DNA from: Thiolinea sp.
GTDB taxonomy: Bacteria; Pseudomonadota; Gammaproteobacteria; Thiotrichales; Thiotrichaceae
Assembly: GCA_049290875.1 (NCBI GenBank)
Contig: JBATOI010000013.1
Span: 47,159-111,158 of the forward strand
Reading direction: 5' to 3'
DNA length: 64,000 nucleotides
Made by a program: the position numbers and the translations under genes. This document shows positions 38,366-48,492 of the stretch, piece after piece; positions within the stretch are counted from its first letter, which is position 1, and the number at the start of each line of letters is the position of its first letter. The notes below the pieces were generated by a model. That model searched no databases and was not told the DNA's origin. It was given only the letters and a program-made list of their open reading frames with translations.

Positions 38366-38788
38366 ATGTCTCAACCAACTTATCTGCTCGGTAAAATCAG
38401 CGCCATTGTGGCGGCCTGTTTCGTGATGGGCATGCCACTACCCGCGAGTGCGAGCAATGCAAAAACCTATGTAAGTGTCTCAACTGGATTTTGTTTAGAT
38501 AGCAATGCTGAGGGTAAAGTCTATGCGATTGCTTGTAATGGGGGTAATTATCAAAACTGGGTGCGGCAAGGTGAGCGCCTGATCAATATCTCAACTGGAT
38601 TTTGTTTAGATAGCAATGCTGAGGGTAGCGTGTATGCTCTACCTTGTAATGGTGGTAATTATCAGAACTGGAAGCGTTATGGTAAGCGTTTAGTTAATGT
38701 TTCAACAGGGCGTTGTTTAGATGGGAATGCTGAAAATCAGGTATACACCCTAGCTTGCAATGGTGGTAATTACCAGAATTGGAATTAA
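38366..38788 (+). CDS. secreted ricin-type beta-trefoil lectin (single RICIN domain)
   Basis: Signal peptide, then three about 37-aa repeats STGxCLDxNAExxVYxxxCNGGNYQNW (QxW motif x3). Confidence 0.85.
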   Translation: MSQPTYLLGKISAIVAACFVMGMPLPASASNAKTYVSVSTGFCLDSNAEGKVYAIACNGGNYQNWVRQGERLINISTGFCLDSNAEGSVYALPCNGGNYQNWKRYGKRLVNVSTGRCLDGNAENQVYTLACNGGNYQNWN

Positions 38789-38888
38789 AGCCGTTCATAT
38801 GGTAGTGGAGGTTATCTAAAGCTTTATTTTGCAAGCGATTCTGCACTTGCTAACTACTCTGTATCCTGCTGGGTGATGCTGAGCTGCT

Positions 38889-39491
38889 TTAAAGCTCTGC
38901 TACCGGTTTGATCCATTTCGGTACATGTACCGTTTGGTGGGTCAATAAGCGGTCCAACATGATTTTTGGCTCATTTTCAATTAACAGCAAATCGTAATTA
39001 GATCCGCGTACAAAGGCTTCATCGACGGTATGCTTAAAGAACTGTTTCAATCCTTCGTAGTAGCCCGCCACATTTAATAAGCCACAGGGTTTTTTGTGAA
39101 AACCCAATTGCGCCCAAGTTAAGACTTCAAATAGCTCATCTAAAGTACCCCAACCGCCGGGCAGGGCAATGAAAGCATCGGCTAATTCCGCCATACGCAT
39201 TTTGCGAGTATGCATCGAGTCGGTAATGATCAAATCAGTTAAACCATCATGAGCGACTTCATGGTTGACTAAAGAATCGGGAATGACACCAATCACTTCA
39301 CCGCCTTTGCTTAGTACCGCATCGGCGACTACGCCCATCAAACCCACTTTCGCGCCACCGTAAATTAAGCGAATTTCGCGTTCTGCTAAAAGTTCACCGA
39401 TGGCTTGGGCGGTTTCGGTATAAATGGCTTGGCGGCCAGAGCTAGAGCCGCAATAAACGCAAATATTTTTAATAGTGTTTGAATTATTCAT
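38889..39491 (-). CDS. LOG-family nucleotide 5'-monophosphate nucleosidase (TIGR00730-type)
   Basis: PGGWGTLDELFE (PGGxGTxxE) and GGAKVGLMG motifs. Confidence 0.9.
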   Translation of the reverse strand: MNNSNTIKNICVYCGSSSGRQAIYTETAQAIGELLAEREIRLIYGGAKVGLMGVVADAVLSKGGEVIGVIPDSLVNHEVAHDGLTDLIITDSMHTRKMRMAELADAFIALPGGWGTLDELFEVLTWAQLGFHKKPCGLLNVAGYYEGLKQFFKHTVDEAFVRGSNYDLLLIENEPKIMLDRLLTHQTVHVPKWIKPVAEL

Positions 39492-39550
39492 GTAGTCTCT
39501 ATGAGAATAGCTCGCGGTAAAATTAGCTTAATACAGTAGTTTTTTGATCA

Positions 39551-39577
39551 AAAAAGGTTGCAATTACAACCCTTTTT
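39551..39577 (-). terminator. rho-independent terminator after the SBBP gene
   Basis: On the minus strand, an AAAAAGGGTTG...CAACC stem is followed by a T6 run. It is flanked by A/T runs on both sides, so it may work in both directions. Confidence 0.6.
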
Positions 39578-39611
39578 GATTGTCGTTAATGGTTGATTTT
39601 TTTAGGGTTTA

Positions 39612-41741
39612 TTAACGTACGATGGTAAGGAAAGCATCGGTAGTACCATTAAATGTACGATCATAAGCTCCTGCGGTGGTAGGGAAATTTGCAGAGTCTG
39701 TTATGCCTGTTATGTAAGCGCTTGAACCCAAAATACCTACCCCATAAGCTACATCATCCAAGCTGCCCCCCATGACACCAGAATAGGCAATATTTGTACC
39801 ATCAGCACTGATTTTGGTAATACAAACATCTCGTTTGCCTCTAGTAGTACTTGTCCATGTATTTGCCAATGGATAATCAGCAGATTCAGTAGAGCCAACT
39901 ATATAAACTTCACCTGCTTTTGTGACGGCTATATCAAAAGTTCTATCTTCCAAGCTACCCCCTAAGTAGCTTGAGTAACTTAAACCAGCACCGGAAGATT
40001 GTAGTTTAGTGATAAAAATATCACCACCTCCTGTATAGGTCTTATCAAAGGCATTGGCTGTTGGGAAATCAGCTGATAGGGTACGGCCTGCTACATAAGC
40101 TTGCCCCTTGCTATCAACAGCAATTGCTGCGCCAACCTCATAATCAGAACCACCAAGGTAAGTGCTGTAACTTAATTGGCCAGCCGCATTAAACTTTGAG
40201 ACGTAGGCGTCAAAATTGCCACCATAGGTTTTATCAAAAGCACTTGAATTGGTCGGGAAATCAGCTGATCCGGTTCTCCCGAGTACATAAGCTTGGCTTT
40301 TGCCATCGATAGTAATTTCATTGCCATAATCTTCAGCCGCACCACCCAAATAAGTTGAATACAACAGACTTGTCCCATTGGCATTAATTTTTGCAAAGAA
40401 GGCGTCAACACTTCCACTTAGACTACGATCAATTGCATTTGCTGTCAGCGGAAAGTCTGTTGAGTAGCTATTGCCTGTGACATAGGCTAGACCTTTTTTA
40501 TTAACAGCTAGTGAAAAAGCGGCATCATCACTACTACCACCCAAATAGCTGGAGTAAGCTAGCTTGCCATCAGTCGCCAACTGTGCAATGAAAGCATCCC
40601 ACGAGCCACCCAAAGTACGGTCATAAGCACCTGTCGTGGTTGGAAAGTCGCCTGACTCAGTTGAACCAACTAGGTAAACTTTGCCAGCGTTAGTAACGGC
40701 TATTTCATAGTTATAGTCGGTTTTATTGCCACGCAAAAAGGTTGTCCAAAGTAACTTACTGCCAGTTTTATCAAACTTACTGACGAACACATCCCATGAA
40801 CCCTTCAATGAACCTGAAATTTGCCCCGGAAACTTAGCAGACTGCGTATGACCCGCGATATACATAGCACCTTGTTTATCTAAACCAAAACTTAAGGACA
40901 TATCAATCTTACTTCCACCGATAAAGCTGGCATAGCTCAACACAGGATCAATAATCAATGCTTGGTCTGGATTATAAGCAGCTAATTTAAAGCGTAGCCC
41001 AGTTTGTTTCCCTTCGTCTGTATCGGTTACTACGTATTGAGCATCGACTGTGTGACGTTTGCCATTAATAAGCTGATAAGCGACCGGGCGATGCTGAATT
41101 AAGGTTTGCCCGCCGATTTTTAGATGTGCATCCCCTTCTTTTGTTACGGTAATAGCTTGAACGCCCGTATAGCCTAAAGCAATTTGTTGAGGATCAGCAT
41201 GGGGTGCTACTATGAAGTCATATTCAAGCTGACTGGGATTGCCATAATAGGCTAGATCAATGCCTTTATATAAGTTGTTGTATTTGATTCGACCGTAATG
41301 AGGGATATCAGAAAGCCATTGTTTGGCATCACTGCCTGCATAATAGTGGCTTAAACCAGAGTGCTGTTCCTCTCCTTGCCAACCACTGCCTTTAGCTTGT
41401 GTACCTAATGGTTTGACTACTAGCTTTTCAGCACCGTCTTGGGCAGTCTCATCGAATAACCAAATATGCGCTTCAGTGTCTTGTAGATGCATTTCTAGGG
41501 TTGGGGTACGTACGGCAAAATCAACACCCTTAGCAAGTTGTCCATGATTAGGCTCGAAGAATAAGGGTAATTTTGTTAAAACAGCTTGAGAGTTAAGCTG
41601 ATGCTGATTAGACGGTTTATTTAAAGAAACCTCTGAGCTGGCAATACTCTCAGTGGTGGTTAATCCTGTTGATAAAATTAGTACAGCTAAGTATGGACTA
41701 AATTGAGAGTGGCCTGCTCTCAACAATGACTGGCTACGCAT
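39612..41741 (-). CDS. secreted SBBP (beta-propeller) repeat protein
   Basis: Signal peptide and more than 8 repeats of the pattern D.A..IAVD..G.AYV.G.T.S.DFPT....D.T, typical of SBBP repeats. Confidence 0.8.
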   Translation of the reverse strand: MRSQSLLRAGHSQFSPYLAVLILSTGLTTTESIASSEVSLNKPSNQHQLNSQAVLTKLPLFFEPNHGQLAKGVDFAVRTPTLEMHLQDTEAHIWLFDETAQDGAEKLVVKPLGTQAKGSGWQGEEQHSGLSHYYAGSDAKQWLSDIPHYGRIKYNNLYKGIDLAYYGNPSQLEYDFIVAPHADPQQIALGYTGVQAITVTKEGDAHLKIGGQTLIQHRPVAYQLINGKRHTVDAQYVVTDTDEGKQTGLRFKLAAYNPDQALIIDPVLSYASFIGGSKIDMSLSFGLDKQGAMYIAGHTQSAKFPGQISGSLKGSWDVFVSKFDKTGSKLLWTTFLRGNKTDYNYEIAVTNAGKVYLVGSTESGDFPTTTGAYDRTLGGSWDAFIAQLATDGKLAYSSYLGGSSDDAAFSLAVNKKGLAYVTGNSYSTDFPLTANAIDRSLSGSVDAFFAKINANGTSLLYSTYLGGAAEDYGNEITIDGKSQAYVLGRTGSADFPTNSSAFDKTYGGNFDAYVSKFNAAGQLSYSTYLGGSDYEVGAAIAVDSKGQAYVAGRTLSADFPTANAFDKTYTGGGDIFITKLQSSGAGLSYSSYLGGSLEDRTFDIAVTKAGEVYIVGSTESADYPLANTWTSTTRGKRDVCITKISADGTNIAYSGVMGGSLDDVAYGVGILGSSAYITGITDSANFPTTAGAYDRTFNGTTDAFLTIVR

Positions 41742-42001
41742 TAGTAATATTCCTCGCTATTTAATATGATCGAAGCTAATAACTACCCCTCTCGCTAGGT
41801 ATAGTAGTTATTTAGAGCAAGCTGGAAAAATGTTTGACTCCTCTGTGATCACGATAGTCTCTTTATATCAAGTGGTACTGGTGTAGAGTAGAAAAATTTT
41901 AACCCATGAAAAAAATTTCGACATATCCTTGATACAGCGCAATTGACTGACCAGTCAATCAGCTCTAATCTAGCTCATTCGCACGAATCGGAGTGGTACT
42001 C

Positions 42002-43252
42002 ATGAAGTATTCTTGGCTTGAAGTCTTTAAAGCAGGCTTCAGCGGACAAAAACAATGGCCAGCAGCATGGCCAGAGGTTAGCCCCAAAGCGGCTTATGAT
42101 GTGATTATCGTTGGTGGTGGCGGGCATGGCTTGGCAACCGCTTATTATTTAGCCCGTGACTTCCCAGGCACGCGCGTTGCGGTGGTCGAGAAAGGCTGGA
42201 TCGGTGGTGGCAATACCGGGCGGAATACCACGATTGTGCGCTCTAACTATCTTTGGGATGAAGCGACCAATCTGTATGAGCATTCGATGAAGCTCTGGGA
42301 AGGCTTGAGCGGGGATTTGAACTTCAATGTGATGTTCAGCCAACGCGGTGTGTATAACTTAGGCCATACCTTGCAAGACATGCGCGACATTGAGCGCCGT
42401 GTGAATGCGAATATGCTGAATGGCGTCGATGCCGAGATTGTGAGTGTCGCCGAGCTAAAAGATCGGATTCCGATTCTAGAAACCGGTAAGCAGGTACGCT
42501 ATCCGGTGATGGGCGCTTCTTGCCAACCTCGTGGTGGGGTCGCACGCCATGATGCGGTGGCTTGGGGTTTTGCCCGTGCGGCAGCCAAACATGGCGTGGA
42601 TATTATCCAAAACTGCGAAGTGCAAGCGATGGATATTGACGGCGGGTGCATCAAAGGTTTGCAAACTTCACGCGGTTATATCAAAGCGGATCGAGTCGGT
42701 TGTGTCACTGCTGGGCATTCTTCAGTGTTAGCTGCGATGGCAGGGATTCGCTTGCCGGTTACTAGTCATCCTTTACAAGCTTTCGTGTCTGAACCGATGA
42801 AGCCGGTCTTGCATACCGTGGTTATGTCGAATGCAGTACATGGCTATGTCAGCCAATCCGATAAGGGCGATTTAGTGATCGGGGCAGGGCTAGACCCTTA
42901 CTCAGGTTATTCGCAACGTGGTAGTCCACATATTATTGATCATTGTGCTTCAGCGATTGTGGAGTTATTCCCTATTTTTTCACGGGTACGTTTGAATCGC
43001 CAATGGGGTGGGATTGTGGATGTTTGCCCCGATGCTTGCCCGATTATTAGCCCGATTCCACAAGTGAAAGGTTTATATTTCAATTGCGGTTGGGGCACGG
43101 GTGGCTTTAAGGCGACACCGGGTTCGGGGCATGTGTTTGCACATACCATTGGCCAAGATAAATCGCATCCACTCGCTGCACCTTTCCATATTAATCGCTT
43201 TGTGACGGGCGCTCTGATCGACGAGCACGGCGCTGCTGCTGTAGCACACTAA
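42002..43252 (+). CDS. soxB: sarcosine oxidase subunit beta
   Basis: FAD motif [22 protein letters not shown] 8 nt before the ATG at 42002. SoxB length. Confidence 0.93.
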   Translation: MKYSWLEVFKAGFSGQKQWPAAWPEVSPKAAYDVIIVGGGGHGLATAYYLARDFPGTRVAVVEKGWIGGGNTGRNTTIVRSNYLWDEATNLYEHSMKLWEGLSGDLNFNVMFSQRGVYNLGHTLQDMRDIERRVNANMLNGVDAEIVSVAELKDRIPILETGKQVRYPVMGASCQPRGGVARHDAVAWGFARAAAKHGVDIIQNCEVQAMDIDGGCIKGLQTSRGYIKADRVGCVTAGHSSVLAAMAGIRLPVTSHPLQAFVSEPMKPVLHTVVMSNAVHGYVSQSDKGDLVIGAGLDPYSGYSQRGSPHIIDHCASAIVELFPIFSRVRLNRQWGGIVDVCPDACPIISPIPQVKGLYFNCGWGTGGFKATPGSGHVFAHTIGQDKSHPLAAPFHINRFVTGALIDEHGAAAVAH

Positions 43253-43264
43253 GGAGGCTTAAGT

Positions 43265-43537
43265 ATGTTTATAATTCATTGCCCCTATTGTGGCGAACTG
43301 CGTGATGAACAAGAGTACCGCTGTGCGGGGGAAGCCTTTATTCAACGCCCCAGTTTAGATTGCACCGATGAGCAATGGGGTGATTATGTATTTAATCGCA
43401 CTAATCCCAAAGGCAGGGTGCTTGAGCAATGGGCGCATAGCGCGGGTTGCCGTAAGTTATTTGTGGTTGAGCGCAATAATGTGACGAATGAAATTTACGC
43501 GGTGCGCACCTTTGAATCGTATAAGGAGCAAGCATGA
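43265..43537 (+). CDS. soxD: sarcosine oxidase subunit delta
   Basis: MFIIHCPYCGELRDEQEYRCAGEA Zn-ribbon-like N-terminus typical of SoxD. 90 aa. Confidence 0.92.
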   Translation: MFIIHCPYCGELRDEQEYRCAGEAFIQRPSLDCTDEQWGDYVFNRTNPKGRVLEQWAHSAGCRKLFVVERNNVTNEIYAVRTFESYKEQA

Positions 43538-46500
43538 AGCGCTTATATAAACAAGCTCATGAGCGCATTGACCGCTCGCAAGAAATTAGCTTTCACTGGC
43601 AAGGTGGTAGCTATAAAGGTTATGCAGGCGATACCCTAGCTTCAGCCCTGTTAGCCAATGACGTGAAATTAGTCGGGCGTAGTTTCAAATACGGTCGTCA
43701 GCGCGGAATTATGGCAGCGGGCGTCGAAGAGCCGAATGCGTTAGTTATCCTTGAACCCAATTCTGGCTACCATGTACCGAATGCGCGCGCGACTGAAGTT
43801 GAAATCTATCAGGATATGCATGCGGAGCCTGCGAGCGGTATTCCTTCGATCAATGAAGATCTACGCGCTTGGCTCAAGCCTCTGCATCGCTTTATGGCAG
43901 CGGGGTTTTATTATAAAACCTTTATGTCGCCTGCCGCTTTATGGCCAAAATACGAAGAGCAACTACGGAAATTAGCGGGCTTTGCGACTGCGCCGAGCCA
44001 GCCTGATGCGGAAACTTATGATCATTATAATCAGCAGGTCGATGTTGCGGTGGTGGGTGCGGGTGCTGCCGGTCTAGCGGCGGCCTTAGCGGCGGCGAAC
44101 GCAGGTGCTAGTGTGCTCTTGATTGATGAGCGTCCGCAAATCGGTGGCGAATTAGTCGTGGATGCAGGGCGTGAGCAAGCCGCTGGTGAGTGGCTGAACA
44201 CTATGCGTGCTGCTTTAGAAGTTCATCCCAAGGTCACGATTTTGGTACGTACTACCGCTTATGCGCTGCATGATTTTAATCTGTTATTAGCCTTAGAGCG
44301 CCGCCAAGATCATTTAACCATCGGTGCACGCAATCCGCATCAATCACGTCAACGTTTACATCGGATTCGGGCGAATAAAGTGGTACTCGCCACCGGTAGC
44401 CACGAACGCCCGTTGATGTTTGCGAATAACGATCTGCCAGGGGTCATGCTTGCGAGTGCAGTGAGCCGCTATCAGCATGAATATTCCGTGCTTTGTGGCA
44501 ATAAGCCGCTAGTGGTGGGCAACAATGACAGCATCTATGAAGTAGCACGTGATCTAGTTAAAGCGGGTACGCGTCCCACTGTAGTCGATTGCCGCATGGG
44601 TTATGATGCCAGCGATTTAACTAAAATTGGTGTGATTGTTAAGCAAGGCTATACGGTGATTAAAGCCGAAGGCCGCCATAGTGTCGAGCGTGCTTTGATT
44701 GCCAAAACGGCTTATAGCGATACGCATGGCTGGGTAGTCGGTGATGCCCCCGAAACGATTCAATGTGATTTGATTGCTAGTTCCGGTGGATTTAGCCCGC
44801 TGGTGCATTTGGATTGTCATACGGGTTCTAAGCCTTGGTTCTCGGCAGATTATCAAGCCTTTATGCCTGCTTGTGACAAAGCTAACCGTTATGTCGCCGG
44901 TAGCGTGAATGGGCATAGTGATTGGCAAGGCGCTGCGGCTGAAGGCGAATATGTGGGCCTCTTAGCAGCCGGGCAAACTGCAAATCCTGTGGCTGCACCG
45001 AAGCTCTTAAATGTGGCTGACTTCATCTGTCCTGATGTGGGGCGCGATAAAGTCTTCCTTGATATGCAAAACGATGTGAAGGCTTCCGATATTGAGCTAG
45101 CGATTCGCGAAAATTATCGCTCGATTGAGCATATCAAGCGCTATACCGCTTTAGGTTTTGGTACTGATCAAGGTAAAACCGGTAATGTGAATGGCATTGC
45201 AGTCGCGGCAAAAATCATGAATCTGCCAATTGCTGAAGTCGGTACGACCACGTTCCGCCCAATGTATACGCCGGTCACGATGGGTGTGCTCGCGGGTAGT
45301 GAAGTCGGTCTGCATTCGGATGCGCAACGTTTCACCCCGATGCAAGCTTCTCATGTTGCTAAAGGTGCTGAGTTTGAAGTCGTTGGGCAGTGGATGCGCC
45401 CTTGGTATTTCCCGCAAGGTTCAGAAGACCTGCATCAAGCGGTGGCGCGTGAATGTTTAGCCGTGCGTAATAGCCTCGGCATCATGGATGCGTCAACGCT
45501 GGGTAAGATTGATATTCAAGGCCCCGATGCGCGTGAATTCTTAGCGCGAGTGTATACCAATAACTGGGCAAAGCTCGCTCCGGGTAAATGCCGCTACGGT
45601 TTAATGTGCGACGAAAACGGTATGATCATTGATGATGGTGTCACCGCTTGTATTAGCGATACCCATTTCTTAATGACCACCACCACGGGTGGGGCAGCAC
45701 GCATCTATACGCATTTGGAAACTTGGTTACAAACCGAGTGGCCTGATCTGAATGTTTATCTGACTAGCGTCACCGATCATTGGTCAACCACCGGTGTAGT
45801 CGGCCCCAAAGCCCGCCGTTTAATGGAAAAACTCTGCAAGGATGTCGATTTCAGCGCCGCAAATTTCCCCTTTATGGATTGGCGTGAAGGCACGGTTTGC
45901 GGGATTCCAGCACGGATTATGCGCATTAGTTTCTCAGGCGAATTATCCTACGAGATCAATGTGCAAGCCAACTACGGGCGCTTCGTCTGGGATAGCGTGC
46001 TGGAAGCAGGTAAGGCATTTAATATCACCCCTTACGGCACTGAATCTATGCACGTCCTGCGTGCTGAAAAAGGCTATGTGATTGTCGGCCAAGATACTGA
46101 TGGTTCGGTCACGCCTTATGATGCAAATATGGCTTGGGCGGTGTCTTTGAATAAGTCCTATCCGTTCTTGGGGCAGCGAGCTTTGACGCGCAGTGATACT
46201 GCCCGTGCAGGTCGCAAGCAACTGGTGGGTTTGCTCACGGACGATCCGAGTAAAGTCTTGAATGAAGGCTGCCAATTAGTTGCCGAAACCGGCAGTAAAG
46301 CCATGATTGGGCATGTGACTTCCAGTTATTTCAGTCCCGTGTTAGGGCGCTCGATAGCGATGGCGGTGGTCAAAGGCGGCTTGGATTTGCTGGGCACGAA
46401 GATTTACGCGAAGCCTTTATCTTATGAAGTGATTCCGGTGACTATCGTCGATAGCGTGTTCTATGATCAAGGCAAGGAGAAAATTGATGGCGAAATTTGA
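43534..46500 (+). CDS. soxA: sarcosine oxidase subunit alpha
   Basis: 988 aa. NAD/FAD fold VAVVGAGAAGLAAALAAA and a C-terminal aminomethyltransferase (GcvT-like) folate-binding domain. Confidence 0.95.
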   Translation: MKRLYKQAHERIDRSQEISFHWQGGSYKGYAGDTLASALLANDVKLVGRSFKYGRQRGIMAAGVEEPNALVILEPNSGYHVPNARATEVEIYQDMHAEPASGIPSINEDLRAWLKPLHRFMAAGFYYKTFMSPAALWPKYEEQLRKLAGFATAPSQPDAETYDHYNQQVDVAVVGAGAAGLAAALAAANAGASVLLIDERPQIGGELVVDAGREQAAGEWLNTMRAALEVHPKVTILVRTTAYALHDFNLLLALERRQDHLTIGARNPHQSRQRLHRIRANKVVLATGSHERPLMFANNDLPGVMLASAVSRYQHEYSVLCGNKPLVVGNNDSIYEVARDLVKAGTRPTVVDCRMGYDASDLTKIGVIVKQGYTVIKAEGRHSVERALIAKTAYSDTHGWVVGDAPETIQCDLIASSGGFSPLVHLDCHTGSKPWFSADYQAFMPACDKANRYVAGSVNGHSDWQGAAAEGEYVGLLAAGQTANPVAAPKLLNVADFICPDVGRDKVFLDMQNDVKASDIELAIRENYRSIEHIKRYTALGFGTDQGKTGNVNGIAVAAKIMNLPIAEVGTTTFRPMYTPVTMGVLAGSEVGLHSDAQRFTPMQASHVAKGAEFEVVGQWMRPWYFPQGSEDLHQAVARECLAVRNSLGIMDASTLGKIDIQGPDAREFLARVYTNNWAKLAPGKCRYGLMCDENGMIIDDGVTACISDTHFLMTTTTGGAARIYTHLETWLQTEWPDLNVYLTSVTDHWSTTGVVGPKARRLMEKLCKDVDFSAANFPFMDWREGTVCGIPARIMRISFSGELSYEINVQANYGRFVWDSVLEAGKAFNITPYGTESMHVLRAEKGYVIVGQDTDGSVTPYDANMAWAVSLNKSYPFLGQRALTRSDTARAGRKQLVGLLTDDPSKVLNEGCQLVAETGSKAMIGHVTSSYFSPVLGRSIAMAVVKGGLDLLGTKIYAKPLSYEVIPVTIVDSVFYDQGKEKIDGEI

Positions 46501-47047
46501 GACCGCCTTAGAAGGCCACGATTTTAATGCCTTAGCAGGAAATGGCTTTCAGGTCAGCGAAGAGCGCAATTATGGCTATGTGGTGCTGCGGATTCGCTCG
46601 AATACCGCAGGCGCAGTTGAGGCTTTAGGTAAATTAGGCATCCAACTGCCGAATGCTTTAAGCCTTAGCGGTTCGTTGGAGACTAAGTTAGTCAAATGGA
46701 TTAGCCCCGATGAGTATCTGATTACTCTGCCCCTTAGCCAAAAAGATGCATTTATTAAAGAGGCGAAAGCCGCTTTAGAGGGCATCTTTGCAGCGGTGGT
46801 GGATAATACCGGTGGCTATTCGTTACTGAAACTTTCTGGTGAGCAGCGCTATGCGGTGCTTGCGAAAAACTGTGTGTATGACTGCTCGAAGTTTTTGACG
46901 GAGGGCAAAGTTGTTTCCACGCTATTTTCTAAGGCTTCAGCGGTAATTTATCGGCTTGATGCTAACCATGTTTACCTGATGGTGCGTTGGTCGTTTGCGG
47001 ATTATGCGTTTAATGTTTTAGAGGTGAGTTCACGCGAGTTTAGGTAA
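46487..47047 (+). CDS. soxG: sarcosine oxidase subunit gamma
   Basis: AAGGAGA RBS then ATG at 46487, overlapping the soxA stop. Canonical soxBDAG order and size. Confidence 0.85.
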   Translation: MAKFETALEGHDFNALAGNGFQVSEERNYGYVVLRIRSNTAGAVEALGKLGIQLPNALSLSGSLETKLVKWISPDEYLITLPLSQKDAFIKEAKAALEGIFAAVVDNTGGYSLLKLSGEQRYAVLAKNCVYDCSKFLTEGKVVSTLFSKASAVIYRLDANHVYLMVRWSFADYAFNVLEVSSREFR

Positions 47048-47053
47048 GCTGTT

Positions 47054-47106
47054 GAAGAAGCCCTCTCCCCAACCCCTCCCCCCAGATGGGGGAGGGGCTA
47101 AGAGGG
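47054..47106 (+). repeat. REP-like palindromic element, copy A
   Basis: GAAGAAGCCCTCTCCCCAACCCCTCCCCCCAGATGGGGGAGGGGCTAAGAGGG. It fills almost the whole gap between convergent soxG and hsdS. Confidence 0.85.
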
Positions 47107-48492
47107 TTATTTTTTGCGTTCGGCCTGAATCCGCGCTAACAAGGCCGCAGCGCTGTTTTCCCCGCTGATTAGGTCAGGATTTTGCTCGCGCCATTCTGCC
47201 GTCAATTCACCGCGAAACGCTTTCGCCAGAATTGCTTGTGTCAAATGATTCACGCGCTGTTGGGCAGACTTCACGCGCTGCTCAATCTGATCCGCGAATG
47301 CAAACAACTCCTCCACCCGCCGCACGATTTCTTTTTGTTCTTCAATTGAAGCAAGTGGTATCGGTAATGAATTACAAGCTGTTTTATTAAGGTAGCTAAC
47401 GGTTGTTGATGTTGCTTTTTCTTCAAAATATGTTTTATTTGCTCTTATGCAATAAGCTATATATTCTGGTATGACGTAATCATTTGGAATAAAGGCATGT
47501 GATTGTTGGTTAATTACTGCTTTTTCTTTAAGAACAGCAGATAGGCCAACTCTACCAATACAGGTCATAATGATAGATTTTTCCTCAATAACTTTCGCTT
47601 TGTATTTGATTATTTCTTCATTGCTCAATCCTTTTTCAATATTTTTATAATTTATATTAATTGAATCTTCATGAAAGTGATGAGTTAATAACCAATGATA
47701 ACCACCCGAAAAAGTCTGTGGCTTATCTCTGTTGGGAACTATGCATTTACAAATCTCACCAATTCTTACTAATGACCAATTATTGATGTGTTTAACAACA
47801 CTTTTTAGCTCATCACTTTCAATAGTAGGCGCTCTATCAAGTTTTTTCCCAAAGTTCCCATGCGTTAATCCTATTTCAAATAACTCATCTGAAATTTTTC
47901 TTACCTCAATCGTTTTATGTATTTTATTTACTCTCCACTCCTCCGTCAGTTTCCCACTCACCGCCGCCGCCAGCACCGATTGGCGGAAGCGTTTCAGGAT
48001 GTTAGGAATGGCATCAAGGCGCGTTTTCAGGGTATCAACTTGCGCGAGGAGGTTGTCGAGGAGAGTGGAGATTTCTTTTTGTTCGGCGAGGGGGGGGATA
48101 AGAAAGATTGATTCTTTCAGTTCTTTGAAGTGACGTGCATAACCTTTGTCAGTTATGTTGATAGACTTGAGCTGGTAATAAAAGAAACGAGATTCTATAA
48201 AGCTTTTTGTTATGAGAATTTTTGTGCCATCAGCACCCGGAACAAAAGCTTTATCAATCCATTTCACAACCCTTGTGTGATCTCCAAAAATAATTAAAGG
48301 TTTTTCCGATCTAATTACCTTGCTTTCATCATTAACGAAGCCAGCAATAAAATCTTGTCCTTGATCAATAACCGGAAATTTACCAGTAGCTAAACAGTTT
48401 TTTGTGTTTATCTTTTTTGTGTTTGTTGAAACTTGTTCAAATACTGTTTCTGTTTGTTGCCGTAGCCAGCCGTTGGGGAGTTGGTTGGTCAT
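47107..48492 (-). CDS. hsdS: type I restriction-modification specificity subunit
   Basis: Two target-recognition domains are separated by duplicated conserved helices (PPLAEQKEISTLLDNLLAQVD... and ASIEEQKEIVRRVEELFAFAD...). ATG at 48492. The track ORF start at 48591 reads through a repeat element. Confidence 0.9.
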   Translation of the reverse strand: MTNQLPNGWLRQQTETVFEQVSTNTKKINTKNCLATGKFPVIDQGQDFIAGFVNDESKVIRSEKPLIIFGDHTRVVKWIDKAFVPGADGTKILITKSFIESRFFYYQLKSINITDKGYARHFKELKESIFLIPPLAEQKEISTLLDNLLAQVDTLKTRLDAIPNILKRFRQSVLAAAVSGKLTEEWRVNKIHKTIEVRKISDELFEIGLTHGNFGKKLDRAPTIESDELKSVVKHINNWSLVRIGEICKCIVPNRDKPQTFSGGYHWLLTHHFHEDSININYKNIEKGLSNEEIIKYKAKVIEEKSIIMTCIGRVGLSAVLKEKAVINQQSHAFIPNDYVIPEYIAYCIRANKTYFEEKATSTTVSYLNKTACNSLPIPLASIEEQKEIVRRVEELFAFADQIEQRVKSAQQRVNHLTQAILAKAFRGELTAEWREQNPDLISGENSAAALLARIQAERKK

